Shown piece by piece: positions 9,492 to 22,454 of a stretch of 64,000 nt of DNA; position 1 is the first letter of the stretch, and every line of letters begins with the position of its first letter. The DNA is from an uncultured Rhodospirillaceae bacterium (GTDB lineage Bacteria > Pseudomonadota > Alphaproteobacteria > UBA9219). The stretch lies in contig CAZZDK010000009.1 of the NCBI GenBank assembly GCA_964652235.1, positions 6,261 to 70,260 of the forward strand. Direction: 5' to 3'. A program made the position numbers and the translations under genes. The notes under the pieces are model-generated. The model was not told where the DNA came from. It worked only from the letters and a program-made list of their open reading frames with translations, and did no database searches.

Positions 9492-11372
9492 TTGGAGCCT
9501 TTCATGCCTTTGTCTCGCGCCGCCAAAATCCTCGTTTTTCTGTGCCTGGTGACGGCCTCCGGCGCGGCGCAGGCGCAGCTCGCGCCGACGCCGCAAAAAG
9601 CGCCGCGCACCCCCGTGCGCCAACAACAGCTCGCCATCGCCAAACAGCCTCCCCTTCCCGCCTCGCGCACGCTGACGGGCGAGGCCGTGATTCTCGACCC
9701 CGAACGCCTTAGAATCGACAGAATTGAGATGCGCCTGTTCGGCGTCGTGCCGCCGCTTTTGTCCGCCGCCTTCGGGCCGCAGGCGCGCGCCGCGCTGGAC
9801 CAACTGGCCAAGGAACCTGTGACGTGTCGTCTGCGCGACAGGGACCGGGACGGACGTCTTTTCGCTTCCTGCCAAAACGAAAGCGGCCTCGATTTCGGCG
9901 TCGAACTTTTGCGCCGGGGCCTGGCCGTCACCGCGCGCGGTTCGCTGCACGGCACAGAGCTCGCCTTGACCTACGTCGCGGCGGAAGAGGCGGCCAAGTC
10001 GCAGCGTCTCGGCCTTTGGTCGGTGCGCGCGCCCGAAGCCGCTTCCAAGAGCAGCATCGAGATGGCCGCGCAGAAAGCGGTTTCTCCCGCCGCGCCTGCT
10101 GTCGGCGAAACGCCTGCGCAACCGGAAGCCGCGCCACAGGAAACGAAAACCGCCGCGCCCGAACAGCCGTCGCCTGCCCCGCCCGAAACGGCCGTTGCCG
10201 TTTCCAGCGCGGATAAACCGGCGACAACGGCGGGCGAATCCCTTCTCTTCGTCCAGGACGAAGCTGGGGCTGCGCCCGAATTGGTTCTGCCGGAAACGGG
10301 TTTCGTCGAAAGGTACCAGCTTTTGCTCACGGGCCTCTCTTTTCTGCTGGCGGCTCTTATCGGCGCGAGCGGATTTGCCTGGGTCCGGCGACAGGAAAAA
10401 AGGGATTCGCTTCGGGCCATCGCCGCCGCGCTGCGCGGAGAAATCATGGCCATGCGGTCGGTTTGCCTGGCGCGTCTTTCCAAGATGGAAAAGGACGGCG
10501 ACGAAAAGACGACAAGCTGGCCGCGTTTGCGCTCTACGATTTTCCAGGCCTATGTCGGCGAATTAGGCCGTCTCGGCGCGGACCTGGCGAGGCAGATCGC
10601 CTCCATCTACGGCCAGTCCAGCGATTACGCTTCCTACTACGTCGGAGCGGGGGCGCGGCCTGAGGCGGCCTCAAAAAAACAGGCGCTTCAAACGCTTGTA
10701 CACCATATTGAAGATGTTGTGCCCCGCCTGGCGGGAATCGAGCGTGACGGCTTCGCGCCGAGGCCCCCTTCCGCTTCCCTTGCCCCCTCTCTTCTTGCGC
10801 GGGTTGCGCGACAGGGCGATGCGATTAAGTCCCTTCTAAAACCGTCTCTGCTGCCCCATGGCTGGCCCGGACGTCCCGCGCCGTTGCCGCCGCCGAAGGC
10901 GGCAGAGGCGCCGCAAGAAAGACCGTCCGCGAAAGAAAAAGCGGAAGAATCGCGCCCGCCGGAAAGCCCGGAGACAAAAGAAGAGCCTGTCGCGGAAAAA
11001 ACGGCGGAGGAAAGCCCGAAAGAGGCTCCGCCGCCGACAGACCAACCGACGATCAAACAGGCGCGGCCCGGCAAAAAAGCGGCTCCCGCGTCGAAACGGG
11101 CCGCTAAAACCGAAAAGACGCGCCAGCCGCCACAGAAAAGGTACGCTTCGCTCAACCCCGAAAAAATTGCCGAGGTCACCGCCCGGCTTGGTCGAATGAA
11201 AGACTTTCTGGCCGGACAATGGGACCGCCTAAAACCCGAAACGAAAGACTTTTATAAAGACCTGCTGCCGGAATACGCTCACCTGACGGAAGAGGAGCTG
11301 GAGGCGCTGGCTTATTTCGAGGAAAATCCCTACCGGGAAGAGGAGGAAGAGGCCCCCCGGAAAACGGGTTAA
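9492..11372 (+). CDS. Signal-peptide/TM-anchored protein with staphylococcal-nuclease (SNase/thermonuclease)-like periplasmic domain, Pro/Ala/Glu-rich linker and lysine/glutamate-rich cytoplasmic tail
   Basis: Signal peptide ILVFLCLVTASGAAQAQ. SNase-like block (RLFGVVPP ... AEEAAKSQRLGLWS). Single TM LLLTGLSFLLAALIGASGFAWV mid-protein. Low-complexity KE/P-rich C-terminus. Confidence 0.6.
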   Translation: MEPFMPLSRAAKILVFLCLVTASGAAQAQLAPTPQKAPRTPVRQQQLAIAKQPPLPASRTLTGEAVILDPERLRIDRIEMRLFGVVPPLLSAAFGPQARAALDQLAKEPVTCRLRDRDRDGRLFASCQNESGLDFGVELLRRGLAVTARGSLHGTELALTYVAAEEAAKSQRLGLWSVRAPEAASKSSIEMAAQKAVSPAAPAVGETPAQPEAAPQETKTAAPEQPSPAPPETAVAVSSADKPATTAGESLLFVQDEAGAAPELVLPETGFVERYQLLLTGLSFLLAALIGASGFAWVRRQEKRDSLRAIAAALRGEIMAMRSVCLARLSKMEKDGDEKTTSWPRLRSTIFQAYVGELGRLGADLARQIASIYGQSSDYASYYVGAGARPEAASKKQALQTLVHHIEDVVPRLAGIERDGFAPRPPSASLAPSLLARVARQGDAIKSLLKPSLLPHGWPGRPAPLPPPKAAEAPQERPSAKEKAEESRPPESPETKEEPVAEKTAEESPKEAPPPTDQPTIKQARPGKKAAPASKRAAKTEKTRQPPQKRYASLNPEKIAEVTARLGRMKDFLAGQWDRLKPETKDFYKDLLPEYAHLTEEELEALAYFEENPYREEEEEAPRKTG

Positions 11373-11415
11373 CCAAGCGCGAAAACGGCGCGTTTTTCAA
11401 AGCCCTGAAAAATTG

Positions 11416-11429
11416 TTTCGTTAACGAAA
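11416..11429. repeat. Perfect 14-bp palindrome TTTCGTTAACGAAA in AT-rich intergenic region (possible operator; parS-half-like TGTTTCG)
   Basis: Seen directly. Reverse complement is identical. Confidence 0.5.
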
Positions 11430-11529
11430 ATGTCTAGCATTTTATTCATATTTTTTTAGACTTTTTGGCGAATAATAGAGGTATTCGAGGCGAAAGTTTG
11501 TCACTTTATTTCTAAAGGGGAAATACGCC

Positions 11530-11781
11530 ATGCTTTCGAAAATGACGACCTCCGTTTTGATAGATTTGGTGGAAAATAAGCTCGCCATGCTGCAGATCGA
11601 CGGACGCGAGGATTTGCGCGAAGTCCTGACCCTTCAACATTGCTTGAGCGAATTGCAGACCGCGCTGGGCATGGGCGGCGAAAAGGAAGCCTGCGCCATT
11701 CCGCACAGAGGTCGCCACCGCAAGTTGTCGGCGCTGATGGAAGACGCGCACATACCGCTCGCCCAAAGGCAGAGCGCGTAG
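11530..11781 (+). CDS. Hypothetical small protein (83 aa)
   Basis: ORF preceded by AT-rich region. No motif. Confidence 0.35.
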   Translation: MLSKMTTSVLIDLVENKLAMLQIDGREDLREVLTLQHCLSELQTALGMGGEKEACAIPHRGRHRKLSALMEDAHIPLAQRQSA

Positions 11782-11836
11782 GTCCAAGGATTGCCCCGCG
11801 GTTAGTCCGTCGCGGCGGCGATGAGGCCTGGCCGTT

Positions 11837-13291
11837 TTACCCCTTAAGCTTTTCCTTAAGCATATCGTTCAGCATGGCCGGGTTCGCTTTTCCCGCCATC
11901 GCCTTCATGGCCTGCCCGACAAAGAATCCGAACAGCTTGTCCTTGCCCGCGCGATATTCCGCGACCTTGTCCGCATTGGCCTGAAGAATCTTGTCGATGG
12001 CCTCGCCGATGGCGCCCGTATCCGTCACCTGGCGCAAGCCTTTTTCTTCGACGATCTGCGCGGCGGCTTTGCCGGTTTCGATCATTTCCGCGAAAACGTC
12101 TTTGGCGATACGGCCCGAAATCGTGTTGTCGCCGATGAGAGCGATCAGGCCTCCCAGATTTTCCGGGCTGACGGGACTGTCTTCAATCGTCCTGCCCAAA
12201 CGGTTCAGCGCGCCGAAAAGCTCGCTCGTCACCCAGTTCGCGGCCAGCTTGCCGTCGCGGCCCGTGGCTACTTTCTCGAAATAATCCGCGTTCGCTTTTT
12301 CCGCGACGAGAACCGACGCGTCGTAATCGGACAGGCCGTATTGGGAAATAAAGCGCGCCTTTTTTTCGTCCGGCAATTCAGGCAGCGTCTTTTTGATTTC
12401 CTCCACCCAGGCCGCGTCTAAAACAAGCGGCAACAGGTCGGGGTCGGGGAAATAGCGGTAATCGTGCGCCTCTTCCTTAGACCGCATGGAGCGCGTGACC
12501 CCGCGTCCGGTGTCCCACAGGCGCGTTTCCTGATGGACGCTGCCGCCGGATTCCAGAACTTCCACCTGCCGTTCGGCCTCGTATTCGATGGCCTGCATGA
12601 CAAAGCGGATGGAGTTGACGTTCTTGATCTCGCAGCGCGTGCCGAGCTTGCTCTCGCCCTTGCGGCGCATGGAAAGATTCACGTCGCAGCGCATGGACCC
12701 TTCTTCCATGTTGTCGTCGCAGGTGCCGAGATAACGCAGGATCGCGCGGAGCTTTTTGAGGTAGGCCGCCGCTTCCTCGCCTGAGCGCAGATCCGGCTCG
12801 GACACGATTTCCATCAGCGCGACGCCTGAACGATTCAAATCGACGAAGGTCTTGTCGGGACTTTGGTCGTGCAAGCTCTTGCCCGCGTCCATTTCCAAAT
12901 GCAGCCGCGTAATGCCGACGGTCCGCGACTTGCCGCCTTCAAGGTCGAGCGTAATCTCGCCCTTGCCGACGATGGGCTGCTTGAACTGGCTGATCTGATA
13001 ACCGGCGGGCAGATCGGCGTAGAAATAATTCTTGCGGTCGAACACCGAGCGCAGATTAATCTGCGCCTTAAGGCCGAGGCCCGTACGAACGGCCTGCTCG
13101 ACGCATTTCTTGTTAATGACAGGCAGCATTCCGGGGAAAGCCGCGTCAACGGGAGAAACGTTGGCGTTCGGCGCGCCGCCGAACGCGGCGCTCGCGCCCG
13201 AAAACAACTTGGCCTTGGAGGTCACCTGCGCGTGGACCTCAAGCCCGATTACCATTTCCCATTCGCCCGTCTGGCCTTGAATGTATGACAT
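11837..13291 (-). CDS. gatB: Asp-tRNA(Asn)/Glu-tRNA(Gln) amidotransferase subunit B GatB (start trimmed to MSYIQ..., ATG at 13291)
   Basis: [13 protein letters not shown], GatB/YqeY C-terminal domain. 484 aa. Confidence 0.9.
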   Translation of the reverse strand: MSYIQGQTGEWEMVIGLEVHAQVTSKAKLFSGASAAFGGAPNANVSPVDAAFPGMLPVINKKCVEQAVRTGLGLKAQINLRSVFDRKNYFYADLPAGYQISQFKQPIVGKGEITLDLEGGKSRTVGITRLHLEMDAGKSLHDQSPDKTFVDLNRSGVALMEIVSEPDLRSGEEAAAYLKKLRAILRYLGTCDDNMEEGSMRCDVNLSMRRKGESKLGTRCEIKNVNSIRFVMQAIEYEAERQVEVLESGGSVHQETRLWDTGRGVTRSMRSKEEAHDYRYFPDPDLLPLVLDAAWVEEIKKTLPELPDEKKARFISQYGLSDYDASVLVAEKANADYFEKVATGRDGKLAANWVTSELFGALNRLGRTIEDSPVSPENLGGLIALIGDNTISGRIAKDVFAEMIETGKAAAQIVEEKGLRQVTDTGAIGEAIDKILQANADKVAEYRAGKDKLFGFFVGQAMKAMAGKANPAMLNDMLKEKLKG

Positions 13292-13382
13292 TCCGTCTCC
13301 ACCGAATAAGCTTGAAAGCGGGCCTAATGTGAGGCGCGGCGGGGGCATTGTCAAATCTTCTTAAAGCGCTTAGCTTGCCGCT

Positions 13383-14054
13383 ATGCCCTTGATCTCTCAA
13401 AACCTTACCGCCGTTCAAGCTCAAATAGCCCAGGCCGCCCGGAAAGCGGGCCGCCGGGCGGAAGACGTTCGTTTGATCGCCGTGAGCAAAACGCAGCCCG
13501 CCGAGGCCGTCCGGCAAGCGCTTGAAGCCGGGCAGCGTCTTTTCGGCGAAAACCGGGTCCAGGAAGCGCAGGAAAAATTTCCCGCCTTGCGCGAAGCCTT
13601 TCCCGATCTGGAGCTGCACCTGATCGGCCCTTTGCAAACCAACAAGGCGAGCGCCGCAGTGGCCTTGTTCGACACCATCCAAACGCTCGACCGGCCCGAA
13701 TTGGCCAAAGCTCTCGCAAAAGAAATTCAAAAACAGGGCCGCGAGCCGACGCTTTATATCGAGGTCAACATAGGAAGCGAGCCGCAAAAAGCGGGGGTCC
13801 TTCCTGAAGAGGCGGAAAATTTCCTGCGCCTGTGCGAAAAGGAGTATCGTCTTCGCGTCCAGGGCTTGATGTGCCTGCCGCCTTTTGATAAAGACCCTGC
13901 GCCTTTCTTTCGCGAGCTGGCCGCGCTTGCCCAAAAACTGGGGCTGCCGAGGCTCAGCATGGGCATGAGCGCGGATTTCGAGAAGGCCATCGCCTGCGGC
14001 GCGAGCGAAGTGCGCGTCGGCACCGCGATTTTCGGGGAAAGGAAACATGGCTAG
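13383..14054 (+). CDS. yggS: YggS-family pyridoxal-phosphate homeostasis protein
   Basis: Alanine-racemase N-terminal-like fold; VRLIAVSKTQP with PLP lysine. 223 aa. Confidence 0.85.
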   Translation: MPLISQNLTAVQAQIAQAARKAGRRAEDVRLIAVSKTQPAEAVRQALEAGQRLFGENRVQEAQEKFPALREAFPDLELHLIGPLQTNKASAAVALFDTIQTLDRPELAKALAKEIQKQGREPTLYIEVNIGSEPQKAGVLPEEAENFLRLCEKEYRLRVQGLMCLPPFDKDPAPFFRELAALAQKLGLPRLSMGMSADFEKAIACGASEVRVGTAIFGERKHG

Positions 14055-14493
14055 AAATCTTGAACTTCCGCCGATGATCCCGGAGCTTTGCGTCTCGAAC
14101 GTTGATGAGAGCCTGGCTTTTTACGTAAATCTTTTGGGCTTTCGCGTCGTCTATCAGCGGCCCGAAGACCGCTTCGCCATGATCGAGAGGCAAGATTCGT
14201 TTCTTATGCTCGACGAAATCGTGCCGGGCAGCAAAAGAACCTGGATCGCGGGGCCGCTTGAAAAACCTTTCGGGAGGGGGATCAACCTTTCCATCGAAAC
14301 GGACGATGCGGCAGGTTTTTCCGCCAGGCTTCAGCGGGCGGGCGTTTTTCTCTTCCTGCCGCTGGAGGAAAAATGGTACCGCGCCGACGACGTCTATCTC
14401 GGCGTGCGGCAATTCATCGTCCTCGACCCGGACGGCTATATGCTGCGTTTCAGCGAATCCCTCGGCTCGCGCCTTAACCCCCCGGAAACCTGA
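14047..14493 (+). CDS. VOC/glyoxalase-bleomycin-resistance family protein
   Basis: beta-alpha-beta-beta-beta glyoxalase-like sequence, 148 aa, overlapping the yggS stop. Confidence 0.7.
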   Translation: MARNLELPPMIPELCVSNVDESLAFYVNLLGFRVVYQRPEDRFAMIERQDSFLMLDEIVPGSKRTWIAGPLEKPFGRGINLSIETDDAAGFSARLQRAGVFLFLPLEEKWYRADDVYLGVRQFIVLDPDGYMLRFSESLGSRLNPPET

Positions 14494-14999
14494 TGCCCGC
14501 CACGCCCGCAGAGCTTTTCGCCCGACTCGACGCGCTGGGGATCCGGTACGAAACGGTCGAACATCCCGCCTTTTTCACCGTGGAAGAGGGCCGCCAATGG
14601 CACGCCAAAATTCCGGGGCTTCATTGTAAGAACCTGTTTTTGAAAGATAAAAAAGACAAAATCTGGCTCGTCTGCCTGCCGGGCGATAAACGCGCCCAGC
14701 TGGGGCCCTTGGAAAAAACCATCGGCTCAGCCCGCTTGTCTTTCGGAAAACCAGAGCTTTTACAAGAGGTTATGGCCATATCGCCCGGTTCCGTCACCCC
14801 CTTTGCCCTGATCAACGATCATGCAAGGCGCGTAAACGTCGTCCTGGACAGCGATATGATGCAGGCCTCTTTGGTCAATTTTCACCCCCTGCACAACCAG
14901 GCTTCTACGGCGCTTGATCCTAAAGATTTGCTTAAATTTATCAAAAGCTTATCTTATGATCCCTTGATCGTGAAGGGCGGGGCGTGGGACAGGGATTGA
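14493..14999 (+). CDS. YbaK/ProX-family aminoacyl-tRNA deacylase (prolyl-tRNA editing domain protein)
   Basis: PGLHCKNLFLKDKK...SPGSVTPFAL motifs of the YbaK/ProX trans-editing family. Confidence 0.75.
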   Translation: MPATPAELFARLDALGIRYETVEHPAFFTVEEGRQWHAKIPGLHCKNLFLKDKKDKIWLVCLPGDKRAQLGPLEKTIGSARLSFGKPELLQEVMAISPGSVTPFALINDHARRVNVVLDSDMMQASLVNFHPLHNQASTALDPKDLLKFIKSLSYDPLIVKGGAWDRD

Positions 15000-15080
15000 A
15001 ACTAATATCCCGTTGGTTTTTGTTAGGACTTTCATGGTACAATCGGCCCTGAAACGAAAGCCTTTTCAGGGAATTTTATT

Positions 15081-18863
<3,783 letters not shown>

Positions 18864-18864
<1 letters not shown>

Positions 18865-19013
18865 TTCATAAGCCCTCAAGCGCCGGGCGCGAACCTGGCG
18901 GTTCGCTTGGCTTACGCGCGCATTGGCGCGCGGGCCCTCAACGGGCCATCGGCGCCCATGCCCTATGGGCGCCGAGACAACAAGCCCTATTCATAAGCCC
19001 TCAAGCGTCGGGC
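18864..19013. repeat. 25-bp imperfect direct repeat (attcataagccctcaagcgYcgggc at 18864-18888 and 18989-19013) flanking four GC-rich stem-loops (18889-18973)
   Basis: Seen directly. The second copy encodes the C-terminus of the glycosyltransferase (..RLRAYE*); the first copy abuts the gyrB stop. Stems: gcgaacc/ggttcgc, cgcgcgc/gcgcgcg, ggccc/gggcc, ggcgcccat/atgggcgcc. Confidence 0.7.
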
Positions 19014-20048
19014 AATTTTTTTGTCCTCGATCAACTTTTCATAAAGCGCGATCATCTGCTCGGTTACGGCTTTGCGCGTATAGCCTTTCTGATAGGATTC
19101 GCGACCGCCTGCCACCAGCCGTTCGCGCAAAGCCTTGTCGCCGACGGCGCGGGAAAGCGCCTGCGCCAGCGACTTTTCATCGTCGACGGGGACAAGCAGC
19201 CCGTCTTTTTCGTGCGTCACGTGGCCCGCCGGGCCCGCGCTGGCGGCAGCGACAAGAGGAACGCCCGCCGCCCAAGCCTCCAAAATTACTGTCCCGAACG
19301 GCTCATAACGCGAAGGCAAAACGCACACATCCGCCGCGCGCAAAAGCGCGCCGCGATCCGTCCGCCAACCCAGAAACCGCACCCGCGATTCGAGACCGAG
19401 CGTTCGGGTCAGTTCTTCAAGTTCGCCGCGCAAAGGGCCTTCGCCCGCGAGCCAGACATAAAGGTCCGGCAAAAGTTTCGCGGCCTTCAATAGCGTGTCC
19501 AATCCCTTTTTGGGGTGAAGCCGCGAAAGAGCCAACGCGACAGGGGCGTCCGCAGGGGTGTCCAAGCTCGCCCTGTCCACAGGCGATTCGTCCCGCACAT
19601 CGGGAAAAGTCGGAACGTAAAACGCTTTTTCTTCCGCGACGCCGTTTTTGACCATATGCGCCACAATGTCGCGCGTCACGCCGACGAAGTGCGAACAATG
19701 TTTGAACTTGCGCGGATCGTAATAGCCGCCGAACCAACCGAGAACCGGCCCCTTTTTCCAGGCCGGGACAAGGCTGGCGGCGCGGCGCATCCAGCAATGG
19801 ATCAGGTCCGGGCTTTCCCGCTCGATCAGTTTTTTAAGCCGCCATCTTTGCAAAGGCCGGAAAGGAAAGGACAGAACTTCCGGCGCCGTCCGCACCCCCG
19901 ACGCAAGAAGCTCGCCATAGCGCGGCGCGGCGGCGGGATACACCGCGCATTGGTCGATCCCCGCCGCATGGAGGCTGAGCATCATGTCGGTGGCGTAGGT
20001 CTCCGCCCCGCCGAGGCCCTTGCCCGCCATGATGTGAAGAACGCGCAT
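18987..20048 (-). CDS. Glycosyltransferase family 4 (GT-B, WaaG/LpcC-like)
   Basis: EPFGTVILEAWAAGVPLVA (E-x7-E motif), N-terminal GKGLGGAE. Its start overlaps the stop of the upstream coupling-protein gene (TAATG). Confidence 0.8.
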   Translation of the reverse strand: MRVLHIMAGKGLGGAETYATDMMLSLHAAGIDQCAVYPAAAPRYGELLASGVRTAPEVLSFPFRPLQRWRLKKLIERESPDLIHCWMRRAASLVPAWKKGPVLGWFGGYYDPRKFKHCSHFVGVTRDIVAHMVKNGVAEEKAFYVPTFPDVRDESPVDRASLDTPADAPVALALSRLHPKKGLDTLLKAAKLLPDLYVWLAGEGPLRGELEELTRTLGLESRVRFLGWRTDRGALLRAADVCVLPSRYEPFGTVILEAWAAGVPLVAAASAGPAGHVTHEKDGLLVPVDDEKSLAQALSRAVGDKALRERLVAGGRESYQKGYTRKAVTEQMIALYEKLIEDKKIARRLRAYE

Positions 20049-22405
20049 TACTCCGCCGCTTTTTCTTTCCCGCCGAGGCCCTTATTCAGCTTGCCCGCCA
20101 TGTTTTCGACCAGGGCAGCCATGTCGGCGGGAAGCTGGAGCTTGGTCACATCCGGCCCTTCTTCTTCCTCGCGCACGGACGGCACGACGCGCGTATCGAG
20201 ATCGGACGGAACGAAGCCGCGCGGCGCGGACGTCTTGCGCTCGTAAAGCGGCGGCACGTCCAAATCTTCGAAACTGGCGCGCTTTTCTTCCGGTTCTTTG
20301 TCTTCTTCCCACGAAACGGCAAGCGGCTTGGCCACTTTGCCTGTCGCCGCCGTCTGGGACGGCGCTGCCGTTTCGGTTCGCTGGCGCGGTTTTTCTGCCG
20401 GAAGCTTCGCGGCGGCGGCGACCAGCGCCATGCCCTCTTCCATGGAAGAAAGGCCGCCGCCCCGAACAAGCGCCGCCATTTCCATCAGCGCCGAGACCTC
20501 GCCCGAAGGCGCCGCCTCGCCCGCCGCAGCCGCCGTCCAGTCGGGGTCCTTGAGCCGGGCCGCGACTTCGCTGATCGCCCGCTCGCGCGAAACGGTAAGC
20601 GTCGTCGTGGCGGGCACCGGCAAAAGCCGATGGACGCGCAGGGCCGAAACCTTGTCCGGCGCCGCATAGAACATCCGCACGCGCGCGATGAACTCGGCAA
20701 AGAGCATATGCACCTCGCCTTCGCGCTGACCGCGCAACTGGTCGTAGTGCGCGCGAACGCGAACCTGCGTGCCGCCCGTTCCCAGATTGTCGTAGAAAGG
20801 CTTGTTCATGAACAAGCTGGAAATCGTGTCGGTCTTGGCCGCCATGCCGTTCGATTCATAAACGAAGTTATCGCCGACGTGTTCCGAGAAGAATTTCTTC
20901 GTATCGCCCGGGTCCTCGAGCTTGCCGAAAATTTTCAGGTTGCAGTTGGCCAGGATGGATTGAGCCTCCTGCTTGACGCGCTTTTCCATCGACGGCAAGT
21001 CCTGCGCCGCGAAAATAAGAGAGAAGCCGAGCGAACGGGCCTGCGCGGCCATGACGGCCATGCCCTGCGCCGTGTAGTAACCGACTTCGTCAAACACCGT
21101 CATGAAGGAGGAGGAAGATCGCGTCTGTTTGCTGCCGATGGCGTTTTCCCAGCTTCCCTCCACCGTGTTGCCGAGCGTCGCGCCCATCATGCCTTTCAGG
21201 CTGGCGGCCACGATTTTGCCGAGGTTGGCGGCTTCGTCGCCGGATTTCTCCAGCGAGGGGATCAGGCCGACCAGAATACGCCGGTTCAAAACCGTGTCCA
21301 AAACGTCCACGTCCGCAAGCTGCGCCTTGAAGATGTAGCCGTATTCGTCGCCGAGCGATTGCAGCGAGCGCGTGAACTGCATGGACAGATAACCGTGCTG
21401 TTGCCGCGCGACTTGCAGATCGTACATGGGCTGATCGGGCGCGGGCGGACGCTCGTTGCCTTCGTCGTCGAAGGCCGCGTCGATATAGCCCGGCAGCGTG
21501 TTCAGGTAGCCTTGCAACGCCTTGATGACGCGTTCCGGCAGCGTCGCGTCGCGCGACAGGCGAATGATGGCAGGAAGCTCGATATATTCGCGCAAAACGC
21601 CGACGTCGAGCAAAAGGCCGCCCTTGTCGCGCTTCCAGGTCAAGGCGGGCATGAGGGCGCCGAGCAAAGCGACGGCGCGTTCTTTCCACATCGCGTTGTC
21701 GCCGCCCGCGTCAGGCATCAGGTTCGTCACCATGTTGGTGAGATAGGAAGCCGAGCCGTTCGAAAACGGGTTCATCGTGTTCGAGACCGCGCCGTTGTCC
21801 GAGTTCGCAGTCATGTAGTTCAAAACCAAAAGGTCATCGTCGCGCCCGAAGCGGCGCGCCAGCGCGAATAGAGACGCCCACAGATCCGTGTCGGCCTTGC
21901 CGTCCACATAGACGAAGCCCGACCCCCAGGTCAGGGCATTGGTCACAATGGCTTTCAGTCCTTCCGTTTTGCCGGACCCTGTGGTTCCGATAAAAAGAAT
22001 ATGCGTGCGGGCGTCGGTGTTGGTCAGCCAAATCTCGCGCCCCATGTCGGGGTGGCCCGCCTCGTCCAGATTGCCCAGATACAAAATGCCCTCGGACTTG
22101 CCCGGCCCCGTCCTGCCCGGCGCTGGGTTATGGGGGTCCGGCAACGGCGCCGCGTATTTCGGCATCTTGAACGGCAGCTCGATGGGCTGCTTGAAAAACC
22201 AACGAGCATAAAGAACGAGCAGAAACAAAACCAGATCGGAAAGAAGCCCGGCTTCCGGCAGGGCGAAAACCAAGACTCCGACGCCGAGCGTGGCGGCGCA
22301 GAAAGGTTCCGTCTGGCTCCAGAAATCCTTGATGCGCACGGAGGCCGGCCGCGCGTCGCGCAGCAAGTCGCGAAGATTCAGCGCGTGTTTCTTAAGAATG
22401 GTCAT
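20048..22405 (-). CDS. dotL: Type IV secretion coupling ATPase, DotL/IcmO (TrbC of IncI)-like
   Basis: 785 aa. Two N-terminal TM helices, Walker A FIGTTGSGKTEGLK, long acidic/Ala-rich C-terminal extension. The size is about what I recall for DotL (~783 aa). It is adjacent to DotM-like and DotO-like genes. Strong SD AAGGAGGG. Confidence 0.6.
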   Translation of the reverse strand: MTILKKHALNLRDLLRDARPASVRIKDFWSQTEPFCAATLGVGVLVFALPEAGLLSDLVLFLLVLYARWFFKQPIELPFKMPKYAAPLPDPHNPAPGRTGPGKSEGILYLGNLDEAGHPDMGREIWLTNTDARTHILFIGTTGSGKTEGLKAIVTNALTWGSGFVYVDGKADTDLWASLFALARRFGRDDDLLVLNYMTANSDNGAVSNTMNPFSNGSASYLTNMVTNLMPDAGGDNAMWKERAVALLGALMPALTWKRDKGGLLLDVGVLREYIELPAIIRLSRDATLPERVIKALQGYLNTLPGYIDAAFDDEGNERPPAPDQPMYDLQVARQQHGYLSMQFTRSLQSLGDEYGYIFKAQLADVDVLDTVLNRRILVGLIPSLEKSGDEAANLGKIVAASLKGMMGATLGNTVEGSWENAIGSKQTRSSSSFMTVFDEVGYYTAQGMAVMAAQARSLGFSLIFAAQDLPSMEKRVKQEAQSILANCNLKIFGKLEDPGDTKKFFSEHVGDNFVYESNGMAAKTDTISSLFMNKPFYDNLGTGGTQVRVRAHYDQLRGQREGEVHMLFAEFIARVRMFYAAPDKVSALRVHRLLPVPATTTLTVSRERAISEVAARLKDPDWTAAAAGEAAPSGEVSALMEMAALVRGGGLSSMEEGMALVAAAAKLPAEKPRQRTETAAPSQTAATGKVAKPLAVSWEEDKEPEEKRASFEDLDVPPLYERKTSAPRGFVPSDLDTRVVPSVREEEEGPDVTKLQLPADMAALVENMAGKLNKGLGGKEKAAE

Positions 22406-22454
22406 GGCCTTCGCCCTCCTTTTCCCGCGGCTTTTGCAAAGCGGGATTTTTTCT

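Noticed and set aside
20630-21871. 413-aa plus-strand ORF inside the DotL-like gene
   Set aside because: Antisense, Arg/Ala/Val-rich, no independent support.
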